Of a stretch of DNA of 64,000 nucleotides, positions 24,678 to 37,989 are shown one piece after another (within the stretch, counting starts at the first letter, position 1; the number at the start of each line of letters is the position of its first letter). Under the pieces are notes generated by a model that saw nothing but the letters and a program-made list of their open reading frames with translations, was not told the origin of the DNA and made no database searches. Where the stretch lies: the NCBI RefSeq assembly GCF_003918875.1, contig NW_025766002.1:496001-560000 (forward strand). The letters run 5' to 3'. Position numbers and translations under genes: made by a program. Origin of the DNA: Haliotis rubra (Eukaryota).

Positions 24678-24990
24678 GTAGGTATATATGACAAGATGAG
24701 AGTGTGTCTGTGTCCTACGACACAACTGAATAGCCCTGATATTTCTTAAAGTTCTTCATTTTCGATTCTTTGTTTTCATCGTCAGGGGCCGGTAGGATAG
24801 TCCCTAGAAATCAATGTCCCACCGTGTTGGGGAGCTTATTGGAGGTAGCATCTTTGGTTGGAATTTTTGGAATTTGTTTATTCAAGTGGTGACATCTGAG
24901 GCGGTGAATATATCCAGTCTGTTTGTGCAGTTTTTGTGGCATTACACTTAATTTACAGCCATGGTGATTCACTGTCCAGCTCATGACTTA

Positions 24991-25406
24991 CAGACCCGTG
25001 CAAAATGTATTCGGACACTTGACGTAATTTCCTTAGACTTACATGTTATTTCAGTGCAGCATAAATAATTTTCATGAAGTGAGTTTAGGATGGATCTTTG
25101 TGAAATTTGACAGGCAATTTTGAAATCATCTCTGCTCTGTGCACAAACTTTCAGTTCAATTTTCCGACTACTATTTAACTGATGACATCACATTTATAAA
25201 CTTAGGTATGGTTCCACAATGCACAATCCCATAGGCTGCCATGTTAAGGGAGTTAACCGCACTGTACACATGTAGATTAAATTGTTGCCATTCGATAAAT
25301 AAGCATCGGAAAATTAAACAGAAATTATGTGATTGTTGGTAAGATGATTCCTCACAAATGTGAAAAATTTGACTGGGATCTTACGAATTTTTTTGGCACG
25401 ACTCTG
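24991..25406. mobile_element. Tc1/mariner-like MITE
   Basis: Imperfect TIRs cagacccgtgcaaaa / ttttggcacgactctg; TA TSD. Confidence 0.6.
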
Positions 25407-27074
25407 TATGCCTCAATGCAGAGTCGGAAATCACGTGCAATGCAATCAGAGGACCTTTCCTGTTACTAGAAATTTCCATTTATGTAAATACGAAGTCATT
25501 ACCATCAGCATGTGACACTCAAAATACCATGTCAACTTATCCTAATTTTAATACACAATTGTACAGGTTACAATTGGTCTTCAGCAACCAATGCTTGTTG
25601 TAAGAGGCGACTAATGGGATCGGGTGGTCAAGCTTGCTGACTTGGTTGACACATGTCACAGTATCCCAAATGCATAGATCAATGCTGATCACTGGATTAT
25701 CTAGTCCAGACTCTGTTATTTACAGACCATAGGAATATTTCTGAGTGTGTTGTTAAACAATAAACAATACTGAACATCTTCAATTCATTAATGTTTTTAA
25801 TCTTCATTAATAAATTTTTTTCAAAATTCTGTCTATATGGTCAATGATAAATTCAGCAAAATCATGTTTGAATTGTTGGTAGTGAACCAACTCACTGTTA
25901 TTTACAGCAACCATAGTGAGGCCTTGAAAGTAACTTTTTCACATTTTTCAGTCCTGCCTTATTTTGGTTCATTGCAAGTCATATTTGTCAAAATTTGACT
26001 ATAATATGTCAACATAACGTTTTCACGATGGAGAGTGAGGAAGCCTCATCAGGGACTTGTCATTAACTAAAATAATGTAATATTGAAATATATTAATCAT
26101 GATAAACTATAAGTTTCAGATATAAGTCTTCTGATCATAGCATAACAATTATTTAAAGTTATTTTATTAGGCATTGTTTTAAGCACATTGTTTTAACCAC
26201 AGGTACTGGGATCAAGTGGTAATCTTGATCTTTGCATATAAAACAATGCCAGCAGATGAGGAGGTATCATTCAAAGTGAAAATCATTACCGGTATGTCTA
26301 GAAATGTTTTATCTCAAAATTCCCTTGGCATCTGGGCAACATAACCATGGTTATACTTATGTGAATACTTACTCTTTATCAGGACCCAGGTGTTCAGTCG
26401 TATTGCACCATGTAGGATTATTATGCACCATAAGGGCCCCTTATATTATTTTCAATGCACCATTTCATATTTCAATGTGTGTATGGGGCACTGTCCAAAT
26501 TAATCCTTGATCATGTTGATAGAGGTATACTTTACCAGGGTAGCGTGCATCAGCTTTTGTGTAGGTGGTAATGCAAAATCCTGGGTATGGGTGGGTGTAA
26601 GATTCACTAACCACTCATGCCAAGCATCATGCAGGCACAGGAGCAATGATCTATGGCTTAGTCTGGTTGTCTAGCATTGCCACATACTGTTTGAGAGGCA
26701 TTCTAGAACTTGTAAGTAATAGGAATGACAATTCTTTATGGATGATCAACTTGGATGGCTGATTTATTGTACAAATAGTAACGTTTCGTATACATTCTTA
26801 TACCGTTTTGAAGCATGCCACATAGGGCTCATAAGCTGCTGTAAGACGATTTGCCAGCGGGTAACATGAGACTGGGTGCCCACCTGTAACATGTGTAAGG
26901 ACGTCTGACCTAAACTGTGAGACATTTACAGTATTATGCATATTGTACTTAATTTCTTCAGTCTAAACAAGCAGACAAAAAAAGAGTGGTGGATGCCCAT
27001 CAGATGTCTTTGTCTAGAAATATCCGGGATGGTTATAGTCTGATTTTAAGATAGACTATTCCAGCAGTGTCATG

Positions 27075-27314
27075 AGTGAGTGAGTGAGTTAAGTTTTATG
27101 CCGCACGCAGCAATATTCCAGCTATATGGCGGCGGTCTGTAAATAATCAAGTCTGATCAACAGTGATCAACAGCATGAGCATCGACCTGCGCAATTGGGA
27201 ACCGATGACATGTGTCAACCAAGCCAGCGAGCCTGACCACCGGATCCCGTTAGTCACCTCTTACAACATGCATGGGTAACTGAAGGTTCATTCTAACCCG
27301 GACCTTCACGGGTT
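27075..27314 (-). mobile_element. SINE-like family B
   Basis: Full copy in MRGBP intron 1. Confidence 0.87.
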
Positions 27315-27944
27315 AGCAGTGTAATGATGTGGCAAATGTGTAAAATTTCTGTGTGATGCCACTTATTATAGCCTGAATTAAATGTTTTGTTCACAATCAT
27401 GATGCAACCTGCCTTGTTTTAGTCTTGAGTTAGCACTGCCTTCTAAAAAACATGGGATACAAGGATACTAAGGTAGGAGTGGCATTTGCATTTGTCATTT
27501 GATTCATTTTCAACTAGAATTGTTGGTTAAATAAGAACAAATTTTAAGTTTGGAAAGCACACTTTTTCAGATTTCAGTTTGTACAGTGTGGAGGATCAAA
27601 CCCAGTTGAAGCTAAGCTAATGAATTAATCTATTTAGCCAACACCCTACCAGTGGATGACAGGTGTTATCACAAATTCATTTACAAGCCATGAGAGCATG
27701 ATCAAAAACATGTCTGTACACATGCAGTAGCCATTTACTCTGAGAAACTCGGAACTCTTCAAACTGCATTGGAATTAATTGTTGAAAGAGGTAGGTCACC
27801 CATACCCTTCACCACAGCTATCCTTTTGGATTGTCAAGGCCGATCTATTAAAAAAACACCTCTAAGGATCATAAAGGGGTGTTTGATTGAAAGGGGTACC
27901 TAACCCTAATGATCATTAAGGGGTGCTAAAAGGGATGGAGTTGT

Positions 27945-28530
27945 ATGTAATAATAATTATAATAATATGGACATTTGTAGAACGCAGTAGTAACTCCACA
28001 CCTCAAGGGCATGCTCTTTGCGCAACAGTAAATATGTACACTATATACAGGAAGAAGTGTTATAAGATTTAATGGTGGTTGAACAAGAATATTTTGAGTC
28101 TTGATTTAAAGATGGAGATGGAAGGAGATGACTTGACATGGAGAGGTAGTGAGTTCCAGAGGGAAGCTGCGTGAACGCTGAAAGATCTGCCGCCAAAAGT
28201 TTGCAACTTGTATTTTGGGACACTGAGAAGACCTTTGTCTTGAGATCTGAGAGACCGCGCGCTGGAGTGTAGGGTGTTATAAGATCTTGCATGTAGGAGG
28301 GCGATGGACAGTTTAGTGCTGAATATACAAGAGACAGCGTTTTGAATTTTATTCTTTCGCGAGTTGCAAGCCAATGGAGTGACTTTAGTATGGGAGATAT
28401 GTGACATCTGGATTTGGTTCTAGTGACAAGTCTTGCTGCGCTGTTCGGGATCTTCTGAAGTCTGTCTAGTTGTTCAGAAGTGATGCCTGCACAAAGACTA
28501 TTGTAGCCTACACTAACCCTGACACAAGTA
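27945..28530 (-). mobile_element. L2/CR1-group LINE 3' fragment
   Basis: NSAARLV..HISPILKSLHWL..RIKFK..FGGRSFS..LWNSLP; (att)n-like tail. Confidence 0.85.
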
Positions 28531-28888
28531 ACCCTTAGGATCAAAGTGGTGCACAAAATCTGTGAAGCAAGATCCAGAGTTGGCAGATAGTGCCAATTAG
28601 CGCATCTGAGGAAGTGAAATGAACTGCTTCAAGTGACCACATGAAAACGTTTCATAACGTTTGACAGAAGACATATTTTATTTCTTGTTTTGGACATGTT
28701 AAAGGATGTGGGAATAAGGGAACATTCAAATTTCCATGCTATTCTGTTACATGCATCATGTTGAAGGATGACATGAAATCGTTTGTGTTTTTCTCATGTA
28801 TTTACAATTATTTGATGATACCAGATCCATGTCATTTGGTAAAACAGTTATGTATAGATTAATGAACTTTCTTCTGTCTGTATTTCAG

Positions 28889-29010
28889 GTGTAAATAGGT
28901 ATTTCCAAATGATGTTTATCCATGATAAGCTGAACAACGCCAGCAGCCGGAAGATCTCCTCCAAGCACATATGGAAACATCTTACAGAGATGTATGATTT
29001 ACAGGCATTG
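28889..29010 (+). CDS. MRGBP: MRGBP exon 2
   Basis: cag|GVNRYFQMMFIHDKLNNASSRKISSKHIWKHLTEMYDLQAL|gtcagt. Confidence 0.95.
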
Positions 29011-29274
29011 GTCAGTACTGCAGTACTTACATTTTCAAGAAATATAACGCTTGATTCATGGAATATCATTTAATCCAAATTCAGTAGTGTTGCAACCAGT
29101 AATGAAGAATCTTGAATTGGGAAGTTTCATGGTATTCATAGTTACATGTTACATGTATTTGGAAATGTTTGGGTTAAATTATTTTTATTGGAAAATATAG
29201 GCAAATTCTGCAGTTTCTCTACATGCAGTTAATTGCTGCTTGCTGACTGCTGAGTATGTTTCATTATACCCTAG

Positions 29275-29628
29275 GACGGCCTCCATGGTGTAGTGGTTAG
29301 AGCTTCCGCCCGGAGAGACCGGAAGGTCACGGGTTCGATCCCCGACCATGTCATACCATAAAATATGGTACTTGTTGGTCCCTGCCTAGCGCTCGGCATT
29401 AATGAGTACAACAAGGACTGGTCGGCTTGGAGTCAGTATAATGTGTCTGAGTGGGGTATTCATGCTTCACTGCGGCATGGTATCTCAGTGGGCTAGCACT
29501 ATAAAACCAGCTTAAGTCTGGGCTAGTACAAGCAGCCGCACATCCACACACACACGCATGCAAGTCGTCATATGAGCGAAATATTCTCAAGCATGACGTT
29601 AAATCCAATTTCACCTCACCTCCTCACC
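29275..29628 (+). mobile_element. tRNA-derived SINE family C (resembles molluscan Meta/V-domain SINEs)
   Basis: A box tggtgtagtgg, B box ggttcgatccc, (cacct)n tail, 14-bp TSD tcattataccctag; superfamily assignment from recall only. Confidence 0.85.
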
Positions 29629-30238
29629 TCATTATACCCTAGCCACTGGATGTTGCTCAATGTCCAGGTACTGATTTGGCTTGACTGTGGCATCAAACAA
29701 AAACCAAGCAATTGTTAGCATGGTTGGTGAACTGACCAAATCCCAGGTCTAGTCAACTGCGGTTCACAGATTTGTTTTGTCAGTGTCACTGTTAGAGTTT
29801 GGTGGAGGAAACTGAAATTTAACAAAGAAAAGTTGGCAGCAGCTTCTTTCTTTTTCTGGATCAGAGATTTGCTGTATTAATATCAAGTGGAGGAAAAAGA
29901 AATAAATGAAAATCCCATCTTTAATGTCATGTTCTGCGGAAAGCTTATATTTTTGTTTTTCTTAGAAGTTTGAATGTACATGGGACTGAATTCTAGATTT
30001 ATTATACAAGCAATTGAACCTGCTGACTGAAGGTTTTCACAAAGTATTTTTGTGGAATTTATAGATGACTGTATTTAGATAATAGCGTAGTGAATATGCC
30101 TAGATTAATATTAGACTCCATGGTATGTTATATATAAAGTAGCCATGTTGCTACAAACATGGTTCATGTATGTACAATGTATTTATTTTTATGATACCAT
30201 ACCTTTTCATTTTCTCTGTTTGTTTTTGTTTTTGGCAG

Positions 30239-30377
30239 AATGAATCTGAGATTATTCCCTTCCCAAACAAGGAGGTAGAGTTCCTGCTACCTGAAGTCGA
30301 CTACCATTCTCTAATGGATAAGCCCTACCCGAGGATTGAACAGGCATCCGTCAATGCTGAGGGAGAAAAAACAGAAG
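30239..30377 (+). CDS. MRGBP: MRGBP exon 3
   Basis: cag|NESEIIPFPNKEVEFLLPEVDY...EKTE|gtac. Confidence 0.9.
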
Positions 30378-30442
30378 GTACACTACCATCTCACTTGTCT
30401 TTAGAATGTATCAATTCACCGAGTAGTATACTCTGTGGCCCT

Positions 30443-30735
30443 GGGGGCGGTGGGGTAGCCTAGTTGTTTAAGCATTCGCTTGTCACGCCTAAGGCCCAGG
30501 TTCGATTACCCACATGGGTACAATGTGTGAAGCCCATTTCTGGTGTCCCCTGTTGTGATATAGCTGGAATATTGCTGCTAAAGGCAGCGTAAAACTCCAC
30601 TCACTCACTCACTCTCTCTCACTCTCTCGTGATATAGCTGGAATATTGCTGCTAAAGGCAGTGTAAAACTCCACTCTCTCTCTCTCTCTCGTGATATAGC
30701 TGGAATATTGCTGCTAAAGGCAGCGTAAAACTCCA

Positions 30736-30780
<45 letters not shown>
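30443..30780 (+). mobile_element. SINE family A with triplicated 3' end and (CT)n
   Basis: gtgatatagctggaatattgctgctaaaggcagcgtaaaactccactc occurs three times. Confidence 0.85.
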
Positions 30781-30781
<1 letters not shown>

Positions 30782-31502
30782 CCTCTCCAGATACAAGCAT
30801 CACATGGTTCATCCCCATACTTACTGACTTTAAGTATGTTTATTGTTAGATACAACTTCTGCTAAAATTATGCAATGATAAGACCACAAGTGTCTACAGA
30901 GTTATGTCCCTTGGGACCTGTGAACATTCTGAACACCCAACATATGACCAACATAGTCAAGTCAAACAGCTTGGCAACTAAATGTCTTATACCATGACAA
31001 CCATACCTTTTTTAAAACCTTACTGAGGCCTGAATGATGTAACCTGATCAAACAAGGGTTTCATGATCCTCTTGGAAAATCTTGACTCTGAAATGTAGAA
31101 AGCTGAGAATGGAGATGCTGAAATAATGCCGGACATGAGGGGTTAGTTCACTGTTGGAAACTTGAAGTCACCGCTCTTGTCAGTCGTGTAGGGATTTGAC
31201 ACCATCCATCACAGTTTTTGCATATATCTAGGTATGAAATAGATGAGACAGTCTCACTGGTCGGTGAGTGGTCGCTGTCATTTCGTGTTGGGCACTGGAC
31301 TGAGTTACTGTGCTTTAGAAACAAATTTTAAATACATTTCTGAAGAAAAAACAAGGTTAACTGTACTGAAACAATAGTGTTTTGGGGTATTTGTTTTTAT
31401 CACAAAATTTCCACAGAGTTCTGAGAACTGAGATGAGAATACTTTTCATTATTTCACAAAATTCAACTTGGGCAAGAGATAGGAAACATTAGAAGATTCC
31501 AA

Positions 31503-31748
31503 CCCGTGAAGGTCCGGGTTAGAATATTGATCTTCAGTAACCCATGCTTGTCTTAAGATGCACTAACGGGATCGGGTGGTCAGGCTCGCTGACTCGGTTG
31601 ACACATGTCATTGGTTCCCAATTGTGCAGATCGATGCTCATGCTGTTGATCACTGGATTGTCTGGTCCAGACTCGATTATTTACAGACCACCGCCATATA
31701 GCTGGAATATTGCTGAGTGCGGCGTAAACCTAAACTCACTCACTCACT
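31503..31748 (+). mobile_element. SINE-like family B
   Basis: Full copy; TSD aagattccaa. Confidence 0.88.
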
Positions 31749-31882
31749 TAAAAGATTCCAACAGCCTTACATTCACTTGCTGAATACCATTTGAGTTACC
31801 TCCTCTTACCTCAGCATTGTTTTTATCTTTATTGATGTGGAAAGTGTAGAACAGTGCTGACATGTTTTGTTATACATTCTAG

Positions 31883-32319
31883 GTAAAGGATCAAAGTATG
31901 ATGGGAAAGGAAGCGGCTCCTCGAATGATAAAAGTAAATATGACAAATCCACTAACAGAGGCGAAACAAAAGGCTCTTCAACCCCACATTCTAAAGAGAG
32001 TAAAAGTGATAGTAAAGGCACATCAACTCCTCATGGGAAAGATAGCAAAGGTGACAATAAATCAGGAAAAGATTCCAAAAGTGACTCTAAAGGTTCCTCT
32101 ACACCTCATGGTAAAGAAGGCAAGGGGGAGGGAAAAGCCTCCTCCACCCCCCACAGTACAAAGGGAAGTAAGTCTGGGGTGTCTGGGTCGGGCGGCACAT
32201 CTGCATCCAGCACTCCAGAATCAACACCCAAGAGGAAACGCACACGACAAGCCAATTCCACTAATGCGAGTCCAGCCACTCCATCAGATTCACAGCCCAC
32301 TAAGAGAGGCAGAAGGTGA
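31883..32319 (+). CDS. MRGBP: MRGBP exon 4 (low-complexity tail, basic NLS-like end, stop)
   Basis: tag|GKGSKYDG...TPKRKRTR...PTKRGRR*; total CDS 780 nt (259 aa). Confidence 0.88.
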
Positions 32320-33082
32320 TAGCTGGAAGCTCATGTTGGTGACAGTGATTGTGAATATTCAAATAACACTCTGCAGCAATATGACTAAAAACAGTTTTTT
32401 AACTGAACTTTAAGTGACAAGAGCTGAGTTCCCCTTGTGGGTTCGAGAGGTAAAAAGAGTCCTCTTGATCTCCTAATCAGGTTCATTCGTTCATATTAAA
32501 GAATGGGCCCTGTGACCGTCATACTGCAAGGTATTCTTTTTTTGAAACTGGACCCAAGTCCCAAATCATGTTTCCTTACAGGGGAATATAGATCCCAAGA
32601 TACGCACCTCACCATACTCTGTGAAGGATGAACCATGCATGCAGCATGTACAATGATATGAATTGACTGTTTTGTACCCATGTCAGGTTATTGGTCACCT
32701 AGTGTCCACTTTGGTGGTCTAGTGGCAGTGTTCACAAATGGTGTTTCAAAGTAACAGGACATTGGGTCCTGTAAGTTTCGGATGTCTGTCTGACCCATTG
32801 AAAATTCACATGACCCATAGAATAAAATTAAACACACATTACAGATTTAACATTTCTTATAATTGGCATTGAAATTATTAACAAGCATACGATTTATAAA
32901 CAGCAAACAAGTGTCACTTGTCACATATAACAACTTCAGTCAAAGTCATTGTGAAATATACAGTCAGACACTGGGGCCGGCGGGTTGTACAGTTCTATCG
33001 GACCATTGGCGAATCTGCCGGATTTGTCAGAGGGTCACGCACTATTCGTAAACACTGCTAGTGGATGAAGCTTCTGCTTGGA

Positions 33083-33267
33083 GAAGAATAATGACACTTT
33101 TTATGGATATACAACTTCTTTTATTCTGTGGAGGCGACGTTTCGAGATATATTCTAATGTTGTTGTCAAGCAAGTGATTCTTGACAACAACATTAGAATC
33201 TATGTCGAAACGTCGCCTCCACAGAATAAAAGAAGTTGTATATCCATAAAAAGTGTCATTATTCTTC
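33083..33267. repeat. Near-perfect inverted repeat (88-bp arms, 9-nt loop)
   Basis: Arms 33083-33170 and 33180-33267 with 2 mismatches; insertion flanked by direct repeat tctgcttggag. Confidence 0.92.
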
Positions 33268-34354
33268 ATCAACTCACTTCTAAAATGTCCATCAAAGACG
33301 TCTGCTTGGAGTGTGAAAGGTCAGTGGTTCAATCCCCAGGTGCATCATACCAACAGATATTCTTCAAAGATTTGTTTTTCTGTCATATGCAATGTATTCC
33401 TGTCTAGTGCATGTCACTAATGGGAGGATCCATTGATGATGGGATTGAATCCAAAAGTGGCAAGCATCTGCAACACACATCATTTTGGACTTTCCTTCCA
33501 GATTTGACTGACATGCTGTTATGCAAACAGGTAGTGTTATAAAACTGTCAATGTGTTACCTGATGTAGGTGTACAGTACCTACTGAGTCCCCATCTTTAG
33601 ACAGAGCCCCTGTAGTGTTTCTGGGTTAAAAGGCGTCTGGAGGAGTCACTGCTGGTGGTAAAGGGCTACTTGTTTTCATCTGGTGGTCATTACTGGAGAC
33701 TTGTTTGGTGGTGTCATTGCTCACAATGTCACTGTATAGTCTTGTCTGGACTTGATCTTTAATGCGCCACCATTAAACAGCTCCAGAGAAAATATGTTGA
33801 CAATAAAGAAATGACTGTGCATGACTATACATGGCTATAGCAGTTGGAGTCTATTTGCATTGATCACATAATTTGCAGATTTGCCATCTTGACCTAAAAT
33901 TTCAATATGCTTGAAACTTTCATGTATGATTTGAAATATCTGAATGACTGGTATGGAATAAAGAAATATTTTGTCATTTGGAATCATCATCTTTTGTTGT
34001 AGCATTCATAATTTTGACCTACGGGCTGAAACCACTTGATTTCGGGACAGCTACCCATGGTCAGAAATATCAAGGTGATAACTATTTGTGTCTGATGGAA
34101 CAGATCAGCTGTGAACATTGTTTAAAGCATTAAAGGCTTTGACAAGTAATGAGGTACATTTGTATATTCATGAGGATGACACTAGTGTGTCATACCTGGT
34201 GACAGGAGACAGTCACCAGCAGAGGAAGAGGGGGTGGTGTCACAACAATATTGGGTGTAACATCTATTTGCTGTGATAAGGATGAGTGAGTTTGGTTTTG
34301 CGCTGCTTTTAGCGATATTCCAGCAATATCACGGCGGTGAAGACACCAGAAATG

Positions 34355-34433
34355 CAGTCTAAGTAAACTTAGGCTCAGTATTATTATACTAGCAGTGTAA
34401 CGAATAATATTGAGCCAAAGTTTACTTAGACTG
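34355..34433. mobile_element. Palindromic mini-MITE inside a family A SINE
   Basis: cagtctaagtaaacttaggctcagtattatt TIRs; 9-bp TSD ccagaaatg. Confidence 0.85.
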
Positions 34434-35769
34434 CCAGAAATGGGCTTCGCACAATGTAACCATGTGGGGAATTGAACCCGGGTCTTCGGTGTGATGTGCA
34501 AATGCTCTAACCACTAGGCTACCCCACTGCCCCTGATAATGATGAGGCACTGATGGCACAGATTAGACACCAGGTGATTGAAACGGGACTTGTAGGTGCT
34601 GTTCAAAATGAACCAAGGATTGGCATATATGAGCTGGCATTACCTGTTGGTTCTGTTCCTATTGTAGGGGGATGTTCCATCTCATCTTTAATTCATTTCG
34701 TGATATGAATTCTATTGCAGATGTCTATCATTCTCTGTTAGAGATATATTTAATTAATATATGATATGTTCAATTAATTTCAAGATATTATGAATTTAAT
34801 TCAAGATGCTCTTAAAACAAATAAAGATATCAGTAATTTCGAATGTGAAAACGGCTTTCCATAATATTGTGAAAAGAATTGATTGATGTGTTAAATTGAA
34901 TCAATGATATCAGAATAAGATTTAAAGACATAAACAAATTCATGTTTTCAATGGTATTAGTAATTAAGTACCTGTTATTTTGCAGTTAAATACAGATAAA
35001 AGAATTGATGTGTTAAATTGGATTAATGATATCAGAATAAGTTTAAAGACATAAACAAATTCATGGTTTTAATGGTATTAGTAATTAAGTACATGTTATT
35101 TTGCAGGTAAGTACAGATAACATTCATTATTCATTGATATCTTCAATGGGTGATATTTTTTGTGACTGGAATAATTTGTTTGCCTGGTTTCCAATTACTA
35201 ATATTACAGATATTTAGATATCTTCAAACAAATTTCATTAACAAGTCAGCATATCTTGAATATGATTAAATAATAATTGATATGATGAATGATATCTCTA
35301 ATTGAATTAAAGATATCTTTCAATGAGTAGATAATATCTACAATGTACAGTTTGATTGTAATTGTTTTATTGATATCTCAAACACAGAGATATCATGGAA
35401 TAAGAGAAGAATTCAAGGTTTTACACAGATTTTGAAAAAAGAGAGTATTTACGGTATTTATTTTTGGGAGTCATTTTCAATATTTGGGAGTCATGAAATA
35501 TTTTGTGTACTATTTCTTTATGTATATCAAAAAGCAATGGTTTTGCAGAGATTTTGTTGTTTTGTGTTGTATTGTCATTTCTATGTTAGTTAATAAATAG
35601 TATATTTTTCACTGTTCAATTCAGTAATAACAAACTTCAGTATACTGAACAAATAAATAATCATGCTTGTGATTTAGTCACTGTAAGATAACATGAACTG
35701 AAAGAAATATCGAAATTAATGAAGAAAAACTATCATTGTTTGCTTATCAAATCGATTTTATTGAACTGT

Positions 35770-37600
35770 ATTCTGAGAGTCAGTGATAACACTTGCGTCA
35801 AGCTCGACTCGTATGATAATATTTTGAAAGTCATTTACAAAATTGTTGCGTCAAATGCAGGAATCAGGTGTCATGTAACATCCTGAGAATTCTTATTGGA
35901 CAGATCCTGATGTCTTCTAGTCGTTAAAACTATCAACAGGAAAAGTTCGAAAATATGCTAGACTAAGTCTCTGATCTTGATGGTGGACAGAATCAAGAAG
36001 TTTATGGTAGCGTTTAAGTCCACCATAGACGATGGACCCATAAGCGAGCTTAGAACGGATGAGTGTTCTATGTAAATGTAGATTGGTTCCCTGCCCAACT
36101 CGAGAAGGCGCAACTTGTATTATATTAAGCGCCTTCAGGCATTTATTCTCTAAATAGTTTATATGTGGCCGAAGGGTCAAACGGAGATCGAAAAGTATTA
36201 CCAAAAACGTGGCCTCCTTCACAATTTTAATAGGAGTACACACTAAAATTAACCCCGGCCGTCGACAAGAAATAGTAAAGTCATCCACCAACAGCGAACG
36301 ATCAACTGAATCGTTTAACACTTTTGATAAACTATCGATTTTTTATGCTAAATAATGTGACAGACAAAATACCGCCTTGGGGGACACCCTGATCCTGATT
36401 ATAATGATCAGACAGGTTGGAACCCCTGCGGACTGCCTGTCGTTTGAAAATTTGGATATGAATAGAAGTAGGCGGCCATGCATGTAGTCAAAAGTCATGT
36501 AAATCTTTAAAAATCCCGCATTTCCATGTAATGATTCTACACGCACTAAATGATGAATGGTACTTCACAGAAACTACATTGTACATCAGTATAAGTAGAT
36601 TGTTGGTTTCCTAGTACCAAACTAATCGATTATATTGATCGTGCGTTCGATAATTTTGCTAACGCGGCTTGTTAGTAAAATTGGTCGATAATTTGAAGGA
36701 TCGATATGATCACGTCCAGGCTTAGGTACAGGAACAGTTACAGCATCAAGCCATGACAAAGGCATTTTCCTTGACGCCCAAATGTAATCAACAATATATG
36801 AAAAGGGCCTCCAAACATGATTCTGGTAAATGCTACAGGACCTCATAATATATGAGGGGCGGTGGGGTAGCCTAGTGGTTAAAGCGTTGGCTCGTCACGC
36901 CGAAGACCCGGGTTCGAATGTGTGAAGCCCATTTCTGGTGTCCCCCGCCGTGAAGTTGCTGGAATATTGCTAAAAGCGGCGTAAAACCAAACTCAGTCAG
37001 TCAGTCATAATGTATGATTTGCTCCTTTAGCAGGATTGTGAGCTTGTTCAAGAGCAGTATATAGATAGAATACAAGATATTTCATTGTCATCTTGTCTTT
37101 TGTCTGAATTGAAATTTATAGTTTTCTCTTCTTGGTGATTTTCAGGAGGAATAATGTTTTTCCAAAGTTTCACCAAGTCTATCAACAATATTATAGTTAC
37201 TAACTGGTCTACGTCTTTAAGATGTTTAATGCCAGATTTAGAGCCCTTATACCTTTGATTTTATGGACCATATTCCATACCGTTTATGTCGACGTTCGTG
37301 AAATGAGTTTGGATGCATATTTTCGCCGTGCTTAAGCATTGAACATTTGGGATGGCGACGGAAATAATGATCAGCCTCTTTCTTTGCCTTACTAGCGTGT
37401 TTGCAGTCATCATTAAACGGTGGTTTCCACAAGAAATTTCAGATGACCAATACACACGTCAGCTATGTTATGTACTTCATCAGAAAAACAACATTTTATA
37501 ACATTACTAACGTCTTTAAAGAGTTCACGAGTAAGTCTGTTACGACACAGTGTTTCTTACATTTGCCACTAAGCCCATGCGGAAAGTTTTAGAAGTTATG
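35770..37600 (-). mobile_element. Degraded LINE reverse transcriptase region (I/Jockey-like), interrupted by a SINE
   Basis: PKPGRDHIDPSNYRPILLTS, VDDF, LIRSKLAYGSIVYG in broken frames. Confidence 0.8.
36856..37005 (+). mobile_element. SINE family A nested in a LINE
   Basis: ggggcggtggggtagcctagtggttaaagcg...aaactcagtcagtc. Confidence 0.88.
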
Positions 37601-37989
37601 CTATATATATTCAGAGATGTGAGATAGCAAAGGCTTATGGACAAGTGATTAAAACGGTGAAGGAATGCACCAGATCCGATTGTCAGGCTCGTTGTCGTCG
37701 TCGTTTCCAACTGTGTGGACCGATGGCTCATCGTGTCATTGACGGACCGCTTCCATATATAGCATACATATTGTTGAGTACAGCGTTAGACAGTAAACAA
37801 ATCAAGGTCAGTGGGGTTTTTCTCTGAAAGATTCCTCTGGCACAGCTCACTGGAAGATTGCCACCCATGCATAGTTGCACTACTGCTGCCACGAGGGCTT
37901 CAGAGAACTGTGCATGTAGAAGAGCCCACATTCGGCCCATGCATGTATACTGTTTTCGAACCTCGGTAACGATGCATCTGAGCCACGTC

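Noticed and set aside
26203-26291. Exon-like segment (acag|...|gtatgt) in MRGBP intron 1
   Set aside because: 89 nt with a stop in the MRGBP frame, and exons 1-2 already join in frame to give the conserved motif; it could be a poison exon but nothing supports that
33042-33407. Near-identical ORFs on both strands
   Set aside because: A consequence of the inverted repeat
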